DNA from: an uncultured delta proteobacterium
GTDB taxonomy: Bacteria > Desulfobacterota > WTBG01
Reading direction: 5' to 3'
Assembly: GCA_963793865.1 (NCBI GenBank)
Contig: CAWCBP010000008.1
Span: 64,001-128,000, forward strand
DNA length: 64,000 nucleotides
A model generated the notes under the pieces. The model made no database searches and had not been told where the DNA came from. It was given only the letters and a program-made list of their open reading frames with translations. Below, piece by piece: positions 56,820 to 64,000 of this stretch. Positions within the stretch are counted from its first letter, which is position 1, and every line of letters starts with the position of its first letter. The translations under genes and the position numbers were made by a program.

Positions 56820-57770
56820 ATGATGCCCAAAAAGATGTGTGCCTTCACTAACCGGCTCCGGAAATGGTTGGGGTGCGGTAAGAACCGCCAAACGGGGTTT
56901 ACCCTGCTTGAGCTCATTCTCTCCATCGCCATCCTTTCAGCGGTTCTGGTGACCATTTATGCCACCCTGAGCATGGGTTCTCGGACCTGGGAGAAGGGCG
57001 AACGCGATATCGAAAAGGTGCAGCGGATGCGGGTGACCATGGATCTGCTGAGCAGGGAAATCAAGTCAACCTACCCCTACAGGGTAACGCCGGGAGAACT
57101 TGACACGCACAAGGAGTTTTATGCGTTCGACGGAAAAAAAGATTATCTGAGCTTTGTTTCATGCATTCCGCTGTCCGGGGGCACCGGCAGGCTGTCCTGG
57201 CTGACGCTCTGGGTTGAGGAGGGAGAAGGCCTGGTGGTGGTGGAGCGCGATGCCCTGCGCTCTGACATTTTTGAGGAGCGTGAAGCCATGGACAAGGATG
57301 AAATGGTGGCTCTTGACGCGAACGTCATCGATATCCGGTTTGAATACTACCGCGCCGATGAGGGCGATACGGAAGAAGCCGCGGAGGAGGAGACCGCCTG
57401 GGAGGAAAAGTGGGATGCCGAGGAGGAGGGAGAGCTGCCGCAGGCCGTCAGCGTGGCCGTGACCTTTCGGGAGGAGGCGACCAGGGAGGGAGCTGATGAT
57501 GAAGTGTACACCCGCGAGCTGGTCATCCCGCTTATGATAGCGGCCGCTGACCGGAGCAGCGGCGGCAGGGAAATGGCAGCCACCGCTCCTGAAGGCATGC
57601 TGGGGGAGGATATGGGCATGGCGCCGGGAAGTGCGTCCGGCGGGAGTTTTGCTGATTCCGGGAGGGCTGAAACAGGCGGCGGTAAAACCAGCGACAGCAG
57701 CAGCGCGAGAAGCTGGGGCAAAAAAGGGGGGTTGAGCGGCAATAAGAAATCGGGCCGGCAGTCTAAATGA
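56820..57770 (+). CDS. gspJ: Minor pseudopilin with Gly/Ser-rich tail
   Basis: GFTLLE, W...W......LPQAV motif. Confidence 0.82.
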   Translation: MMPKKMCAFTNRLRKWLGCGKNRQTGFTLLELILSIAILSAVLVTIYATLSMGSRTWEKGERDIEKVQRMRVTMDLLSREIKSTYPYRVTPGELDTHKEFYAFDGKKDYLSFVSCIPLSGGTGRLSWLTLWVEEGEGLVVVERDALRSDIFEEREAMDKDEMVALDANVIDIRFEYYRADEGDTEEAAEEETAWEEKWDAEEEGELPQAVSVAVTFREEATREGADDEVYTRELVIPLMIAAADRSSGGREMAATAPEGMLGEDMGMAPGSASGGSFADSGRAETGGGKTSDSSSARSWGKKGGLSGNKKSGRQSK

Positions 57771-57814
57771 GCCACATTGAAGCGTGCAGAATGCCGATAC
57801 AGGAATACTCAAAA

Positions 57815-58945
57815 ATGAACAACGAGAGGGGGATCGCCCTGGTGCTGGTGCTGTGGGTGCTGATGCTCCTGTTCATCATCGTGTTTGAGTTCTGCTCCAC
57901 CATGAGAATAGAAGCGACCATCACCAAAAACTTCAAGGAGGGCGAGCGCTCGTATTATTTTGCCCAGGCGGGCATAAACCGGGCCATCATCGAGCTGGTT
58001 AAAGCCAAAAGCGATGTGAAAAAGTTTCAAGAGGGCAAGGAAACGCTGGTTGACAAGGAGGACCGCCGCGAGAGCGACAGGTATGAGGAAGACGAGGAAG
58101 AGCCGGAGGAGTGGGTGCCCCGCGAGCAGCCCTATGCGTTTCCCTTTGAAGACGGTGAGTGCGAAGTGACCATCGGAGACGAGGGGAGCAAGATCAATCT
58201 GAACTGGATTGCCGCCAGGGCCAAGAGTGACCGGCAGGTGCTTGCCGATATCCTTGAAAGAAGCTGCGGGCTCTATGACGTGGAGCGTGACACCATCGTT
58301 GATTCCATTATTGACTGGGTGGACAAGGACCAGGAACACCTCATGAGCGGCGCTGAGGATGAGTATTATGAGTCTCTTGAAGATCCCTATGAATGCCGGG
58401 ACGGTGAGTTCATCATATTGGAGGAGCTGCTCCTGGTCAGGGGTGTGACGGAGGATATTTATTACGGCCGCTTCAAACCCGAGGACGAGGAGGAGACGGG
58501 AAGTAGCCGGTCGCGGCGACGGGGCAGAAGCTCGGTTGCCAGGACGGTTTCCGGCGATGATGTGAGGCAGGCGGGCATGTACCAGGGCCTCGCGGAGGTC
58601 TTTACCGTTTTTTCGAAGGGTACCACGCTTAAGATTAATATTAATGATGCACCCTTCGGCCTGCTCATGAGTTTGCCGGCCATGACTGAAGATATGGCAT
58701 ACGACATCATCGCCATGAGACGTGAGGAGGAATTTGAGGATATACGCGACTCCCGGCTGCTGGAGCTTCCTATTTATGATCAGATAGCCTCCCAGATCAC
58801 CGTGGAGCCCACCAATTTCTACCGCATACGCGCGCGGGGAAGGGTTGCTGACAGTTCCGTGGCGCGGTCCATATCGGCTGTGATTGAAATCGCCCCCCGT
58901 CAGAAAAACAACTATACCATACTCTACTGGCAGGAAGGAGTGTAG
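57815..58945 (+). CDS. gspK: Minor pseudopilin
   Basis: GIALVLVLW (no E5), DEGSKINLN, DWVD.D, ININDA. Confidence 0.9.
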   Translation: MNNERGIALVLVLWVLMLLFIIVFEFCSTMRIEATITKNFKEGERSYYFAQAGINRAIIELVKAKSDVKKFQEGKETLVDKEDRRESDRYEEDEEEPEEWVPREQPYAFPFEDGECEVTIGDEGSKINLNWIAARAKSDRQVLADILERSCGLYDVERDTIVDSIIDWVDKDQEHLMSGAEDEYYESLEDPYECRDGEFIILEELLLVRGVTEDIYYGRFKPEDEEETGSSRSRRRGRSSVARTVSGDDVRQAGMYQGLAEVFTVFSKGTTLKININDAPFGLLMSLPAMTEDMAYDIIAMRREEEFEDIRDSRLLELPIYDQIASQITVEPTNFYRIRARGRVADSSVARSISAVIEIAPRQKNNYTILYWQEGV

Positions 58946-58956
58946 GACCTGATGAT

Positions 58957-60612
58957 ATGGATAGCATAGGCTTGCTGTTAAATGAAAACCGGCTGTTGAT
59001 GGTCCTGTTGCGCAAAGATTTCAGAAGTGACGCCTTTCTGCACAGCTGCCGCATGGTGGCATTGCGCGACGTCAAGCCGGAGGACCGGGATGACATCATC
59101 CTGAGCAACATCGAGGGATTCATCGATCAGACCAAAAGCGACCGCGACAACCTCTTCCTGGGCATACCGGGCAGCAAGGTGATCTTCAAGAGGCTTACCC
59201 TGCCGGCCCCGACTGAAGAAAACCTCAGGGAAGTGCTTGGCTATGAAATGGACCGCTACACACCGTTTGCCCTGGAGGACGTCTACTTTGATTATAAGGT
59301 AGTGGGGCGCGATGAAGCGCATGAAAGCATTCAGGTTTTGCTGATGGTGGTGAAGAGGGAGGTGATTGATTACTACCTCACCCTGCTGCGCCGCATAAAC
59401 GTGAAGACAAGGTGCGTTGAGGTTCTGTCCACGGCGCTCTATAATCTCGATGCTCATGAAACAGCGGCTGAGATCGGCGGCGCGGAAGCCGGCTCCTGGG
59501 TTTTCCGGGGCGCGAAGTGGCTGCGGGCGCAGGGATGGGGGAAGGGCCTGGCGGCATACCTTGACCGCTATCTGAAAAAGAGTGAATCGAAAAAGGCGGC
59601 TTCAGACGAAGGAATCAAATACCTTCTCACCGTTGAGGAAGAGGGCTGCGAATTGGGCGTGGTGCGAAACAGCGCCTTTGCCTATTCGCGCTCGTTCCGG
59701 GTATCACCCGCACCAGATGCCGCTGACGGGCGGGCGGCCGCAGAGGATCTGGCAGGCCAAATACGTGCCGCCATGGAAACGACCAGGCTGGGCCTGGGCG
59801 ATGATCACGCGGTTTCCTCCCGGGTCATCATTTCAGGAAGCCGGGCGGACGCTGACCTGTCGGCCTGCCTCAGCGCGCAGGGGATGGGTGATGTTCACTT
59901 GCTGGACGCCCTGACGATGAGCATACTGGCCGATGACGCCCGGGACAAGGTGCCCTGCCTGTCACCGGCTGTGGGATTAGCCCTGAAAGGGCTGAACGGT
60001 GTTGCGCTTGACGTTAATTTCATTCCCCAGGAGCTGCGGCCGAAGAAAAAAAAGAACTGGAGCCTGATCGCGGGGGTGCTGCTGCTTGGCCTGGTGTTCC
60101 TCGGCGTTTCTTCCTATGCCATTTCATTTTTTGTCAAGGAACGGTTTTATCTTGCGGAATTAACCGAGCGGGTTGATGCCCTGAAAGGGCGGGTCGGTGA
60201 AGTGGAGAAGATGAAGGAAGAGATTGCGGTGATTGAGAAGAAGATAGAATCGGTGGAAAAGATCAAGGGGGGTGAGATCAGCAAGCTGGAGCTGCTGCGG
60301 GAACTGACGGAAATAGTCCCCGGGGATATGTGGCTGACCCGTTTTTCCTGCACGGAGCAGAAGGGGAGGCGTGAGGTTGATCTTTCCGGCTTCGCCAATG
60401 CCGCTTCTGAAATCATTCCCATCCTGGAGAAGTCGAAGTATTTTGAGGACGTCAAATTTAAATCCTCGATTGTCAAAGACCGCAGCACGGAAAAGGAAAA
60501 ATTTAACGTCACTGCTGCAGTAACCAGGGAACAGGAGGCTGCGCCGCCGGCAAGCAGTCCCGCAGCTGAACCACGCAAGCAAAATAATGTCAAAAATGTC
60601 AAACAGCAGTAA
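58957..60612 (+). CDS. gspL: GspL/PilMN-like assembly protein
   Basis: Actin-like N-domain, AVGLAL, NFIP, TM, PilN-like C-domain. Confidence 0.8.
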   Translation: MDSIGLLLNENRLLMVLLRKDFRSDAFLHSCRMVALRDVKPEDRDDIILSNIEGFIDQTKSDRDNLFLGIPGSKVIFKRLTLPAPTEENLREVLGYEMDRYTPFALEDVYFDYKVVGRDEAHESIQVLLMVVKREVIDYYLTLLRRINVKTRCVEVLSTALYNLDAHETAAEIGGAEAGSWVFRGAKWLRAQGWGKGLAAYLDRYLKKSESKKAASDEGIKYLLTVEEEGCELGVVRNSAFAYSRSFRVSPAPDAADGRAAAEDLAGQIRAAMETTRLGLGDDHAVSSRVIISGSRADADLSACLSAQGMGDVHLLDALTMSILADDARDKVPCLSPAVGLALKGLNGVALDVNFIPQELRPKKKKNWSLIAGVLLLGLVFLGVSSYAISFFVKERFYLAELTERVDALKGRVGEVEKMKEEIAVIEKKIESVEKIKGGEISKLELLRELTEIVPGDMWLTRFSCTEQKGRREVDLSGFANAASEIIPILEKSKYFEDVKFKSSIVKDRSTEKEKFNVTAAVTREQEAAPPASSPAAEPRKQNNVKNVKQQ

Positions 60613-60623
60613 AGGAGTCCCCG

Positions 60624-61199
60624 GTGAATTTATCAAAGCGGGATAAAAGGTTTTTAACCGTAGGCGCCGCGGCGCTCCTGCTCTTTCTGGTTGTTAACTA
60701 CATCATCGTACCCTTCATTGAGAGCGAGGGCGAGATCCGGGACGGCACCGAGCAGAAGGAAGTCACGCTCGAGAAATTTGAAAAAATAATAGCGGGTCGG
60801 GCCGAGGTTGAAAAGCAGCTTGCCCAGGTCAAAAAAAAGCAGTCGCAGCTTAATGCGAAGCTCCTCACCGGCAGCACGCCGTCTCTGGCGGCGGCCGAGA
60901 TGCAGAAGATGCTGGAGAAGATCTCCGCCGCCCACGACCTGGAGTTGAAAAGCGTCAAGGTGCAGGACGGGGAAAAACAGGGTGACCTGCTCACCATTCC
61001 CCTGGAGATTCGGCTGCAAACCGACCTGGACAGAACGAGAAAGTTTCTGGCCGACATCGAGAAAAACCAGAAGTATCTCGTCGTGCCCTCGCTGAAAATC
61101 AGCGTCCAGAACCAGAGGGATCCCAAGGAAGTTATCGTCACCATGGTGGTCACGGGCTTCTTCATGAAAGAGGAGGCGGTGAAGGAAGGGAAGGGGTAA
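60624..61199 (+). CDS. gspM: GspM/PilO-like protein
   Basis: LSKRDKR-TM-coiled coil; operon position. Confidence 0.78.
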   Translation: MNLSKRDKRFLTVGAAALLLFLVVNYIIVPFIESEGEIRDGTEQKEVTLEKFEKIIAGRAEVEKQLAQVKKKQSQLNAKLLTGSTPSLAAAEMQKMLEKISAAHDLELKSVKVQDGEKQGDLLTIPLEIRLQTDLDRTRKFLADIEKNQKYLVVPSLKISVQNQRDPKEVIVTMVVTGFFMKEEAVKEGKG

Positions 61200-61375
61200 C
61201 GAGCTGCCCGGGTCATCCCTGCAACAATATCGTTTTGATTTTTGCAAGCTTTGTAGTATGAAATTGTGTCGTCGGTGTATTCCTCGAACTGTCGCAATTG
61301 GTTCCTGCGTCTGATGGAGCCATTGCGGGCGGGTGCGGCAACCCGGTTTTTTTAAAATAGTCTTCTGCGCAGTCT

Positions 61376-61523
61376 TATCCAAAAACGAGATTGCCGCGAT
61401 TCGCTCGCAATGACAAAATAAAGGGAGATGCGCCAATCGGGTCATTGCGAGGAGCATAAGCGACGAAGCAATCTCATCAAAAAAGTCTAATAAAATTATA
61501 ATGCAATTATCTTGTCTTGGACA
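61376..61523. mobile_element. ~148-bp MITE-like element, copy B (inverted)
   Basis: Reverse-complement similarity to 48569-48717. Confidence 0.7.
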
Positions 61524-61582
61524 CTCATGTCTTCTGAACAACTCGTGACATATATCCGGCGAGGGCGGAAAAGGGGTAAGCT

Positions 61583-64000
61583 ATGAAATATTGTGCGGCG
61601 GTTATTCTGGTGCTGGGAGTTTTCCTGTGTAATCCCTTCACGGGAGCGGTGTGGGCCCAGGAGGGGGTACAGGCGCCTGCGGAAGGGACGGTTCAAAAGG
61701 AAAAACCCGGCAGTACACCCGCGACTACGGCAGATTCCCGGGTCAATGACCCGGGCCGGCTGGCTGAAGCGATAAAGGAAGCGCAAAAAGGGGTGCAGAC
61801 GCCGCAGCAGGCGGCGAAACCGGAAGCGCTCAAAGACGGGGCTGCTCCCAGTGTTCCCGCCGGAAAAAACGAGGCTGAAATTGAAGAGCTCAAGGCCCGC
61901 TTCAAAAAGCTGGTGGATAGTGAAATGAAAAAATTCGGCGCCCTGGAAGAAGCGCTGCCCGGGGAGGGGAAAAAAGCAGCGGGCCAGGTGCAGGAAAAGG
62001 CCGGCGTGACCGCCCGGGAACCCGGAGGCGACGCGGGTAAAGCGGCCGCTACGGTCGAAGGCGCCGCGGGGAAAAAGGAGGGTGGCCCTGCTACAGGAGT
62101 GATGCCCCCCGGGACGCAAAAGGAGGTTCCCGCCGAGGCTGAAGGGGTTCTGCCGGAGGAAACGGTAAAAGGGGAAAAGCAAATCGTTCCGGCCACGGGA
62201 GAAGCAACCGGTTCCCCGGAGGAAACGGTACCCGCCCCGGCCGGGGATGCAGGCGTTACGGCTGAAGATACAGAAGAGGAGGAAGAGCCGCCGGAGGGTA
62301 TGGAAGAGGAAAAGCCTCCGGTGCGGGTGGAGGTGTTACCGCCGCAGCCGGAGAAGCCGGTGGAGGGGAAACAGAAGGTTGCGCTTGACTTTCAGGACGC
62401 GGAGCTGCAGGAGGTGATCACCGCCCTGGCGGAAATCGTGGGCATCAATTACATTGTCGATCCCAAGGTGAAGGGCAAGGTGAATATCCACACCAGCGGT
62501 GAAATCCCCGTGGAGGACGTGCTGCCCATTCTGGAAACCATCTTCGAGATCAATAATGTTGCCGCTGTGAAAATGGGAGGTATCTATAAAGTCATACCCA
62601 TTAAAGACGCGCAGAAACAGTTTCTCTTTCCCAAGGTCGGCGACCAAATTAAAGACGGAACCTCTCCGGACCGGATCATTCTGCAGATTGTCCCCCTGCG
62701 ATACATTTCTTCAACGGAGATGGACAAAATAATAAAGCGTTTTATCGGGAAGGGCGGAGACAGCGTTGATTATGCGGACCGCAACACCCTTATTATCGTT
62801 GACACCTCTGACAACGTGAGAAAGCTTTTGGGCTTGATCGATGCGGTTGACCTGAGCATTTTTGACACCATGCATGTGCAGTTTTACGAGCTCAAGGAAG
62901 CGGAGGCGGTAGACCTTGCAAAAGAGCTCGAAGAGCTCTTCGCCGCCATCGGCATTGACCCGAAAAAGAAGAAGGGCGGGGAGATTGTCAGCTTTATTCC
63001 CATTGAGCGGATGAACATCATCCTGGCGGTGAGCACCACGCCTGATGCCTTTGAAAAAGTCGATGGGTGGGTTAAAAAGCTTGATGGCGTACGGCAGGAT
63101 ATCGACGAGCAGATTTACATCTATTTTGTTGAAAACGCCAAGGCGGTTGATATTGCCGACATCGTAAAGGAATTGTACGGGGAGGAGCGCAGCGCGCGGG
63201 ATAAGAAAACCACCACCAGGAAAACAACCTCCCGGGACAGGGACCAGAAAACCAAGACACCGGCAGCGACCACCAAGAGCGCAACCGCCAAAACCGCCTC
63301 CTTGACCGGCACCAAGGGTGAGATCACCATTGTGGTTGATGAAACCAATAATGCCATTGTCGTGCGTGCCCTTCCCCAGGACTATGCCAAGATTCTTAAG
63401 ACCATAAAGATGCTGGATATCATTCCCCGCCAGGTATTGATCGAGGTGCTGATTGCCGAAGTCGGCCTGGATGAGAACACCGAATTCGGGGTGGAGTGGA
63501 CCGTTTTCGATGATTATGCGTCACTGGGAGGCTACAAAGGCGTCGACCGGCTGGGCCAGAATTTCAACCTGGGGGGGCTCGGTCAGGATCTGACCAAACC
63601 CCTCGGCCAGACCGGCTTCACCTATGCCTTTGCCTCAAACGCGCTGGAGGCTTTTTTGCGCTCGTATTCCCGGGAGAACAAGGTCAACATTCTTTCCACG
63701 CCGCATATTTTAGCGGCTGATAACACCGAGGCCAGCATTGATGTGGGTCAGGAGGTCCCCATTGTAACCAGCGAATACACGCCCACCACGCTGGAATCCG
63801 GCGAAACCTACTCCCGCTCCATCGAGTACCGCGACACCGGAATCCTGCTTACGGTTACCCCCCGCATCAACGATAAGGGTCTGGTGGCAATGGAGGTCAA
63901 CCAGGAGGTAAGCGATATCAGCGAGCAGCGCATTGAGGGCATCAATTCACCCATCATACTCAAGCGCCAGGCGGAAACGTCACTGGTGGTGCAGGACGGC
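61583..64000 (+). CDS. gspD: Type II secretion secretin, partial (runs off window; absent from the ORF track)
   Basis: Signal peptide; in frame with LDFQDAELQEVI (N0), QVLIEVLIAEV, LSTP...DN.EA.I.VG..VP, YRDTGILL.VTP.I. Confidence 0.92.
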   Translation, partial: MKYCAAVILVLGVFLCNPFTGAVWAQEGVQAPAEGTVQKEKPGSTPATTADSRVNDPGRLAEAIKEAQKGVQTPQQAAKPEALKDGAAPSVPAGKNEAEIEELKARFKKLVDSEMKKFGALEEALPGEGKKAAGQVQEKAGVTAREPGGDAGKAAATVEGAAGKKEGGPATGVMPPGTQKEVPAEAEGVLPEETVKGEKQIVPATGEATGSPEETVPAPAGDAGVTAEDTEEEEEPPEGMEEEKPPVRVEVLPPQPEKPVEGKQKVALDFQDAELQEVITALAEIVGINYIVDPKVKGKVNIHTSGEIPVEDVLPILETIFEINNVAAVKMGGIYKVIPIKDAQKQFLFPKVGDQIKDGTSPDRIILQIVPLRYISSTEMDKIIKRFIGKGGDSVDYADRNTLIIVDTSDNVRKLLGLIDAVDLSIFDTMHVQFYELKEAEAVDLAKELEELFAAIGIDPKKKKGGEIVSFIPIERMNIILAVSTTPDAFEKVDGWVKKLDGVRQDIDEQIYIYFVENAKAVDIADIVKELYGEERSARDKKTTTRKTTSRDRDQKTKTPAATTKSATAKTASLTGTKGEITIVVDETNNAIVVRALPQDYAKILKTIKMLDIIPRQVLIEVLIAEVGLDENTEFGVEWTVFDDYASLGGYKGVDRLGQNFNLGGLGQDLTKPLGQTGFTYAFASNALEAFLRSYSRENKVNILSTPHILAADNTEASIDVGQEVPIVTSEYTPTTLESGETYSRSIEYRDTGILLTVTPRINDKGLVAMEVNQEVSDISEQRIEGINSPIILKRQAETSLVVQDG

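Noticed and set aside
1..64000. CRISPR array or cas genes
   Set aside because: No regularly spaced direct repeats seen; repeats are REP/MITE-like or short tandem motifs.

Overview
Bacterial chromosomal window. Gene content suggests an anaerobic deltaproteobacterium or Desulfobacterota-like organism (inference, no marker gene present). From left to right: acyl-CoA ligase plus a stand-alone E2-type acyltransferase; Zn dehydrogenase and lsrF; several small genes; two tandem secreted Cys-rich paralogs with cohesin-like and dockerin-like modules; a B12 radical SAM gene, GT-C glycosyltransferases and methyltransferases; a yvcK / LbH acetyltransferase / glmM / nagB-like / nucleotidyltransferase operon that may be a non-canonical UDP-GlcNAc route; a sigma54-controlled molybdenum hydroxylase cluster with a haloacetate dehalogenase-like gene; a decayed accessory region (~34.3-41.9 kb); korDABC-purC; sat with two AlkP-superfamily genes and a PHP gene; and a type II secretion operon (gspE-M, with gspD running off the end). 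The decayed region holds a TIR-flanked mini Y1 element, a Fic remnant, a signal peptidase fusion and a frameshifted AbiE TA pair. It ends at the most striking unannotated feature: the 5' exon of a tRNA-Asn(GUU) with a group I intron inserted at anticodon position 35/36, cut off after P7. Several REP- and MITE-like repeat families fill the intergenic spaces. All calls come from motif reading; no searches were run.
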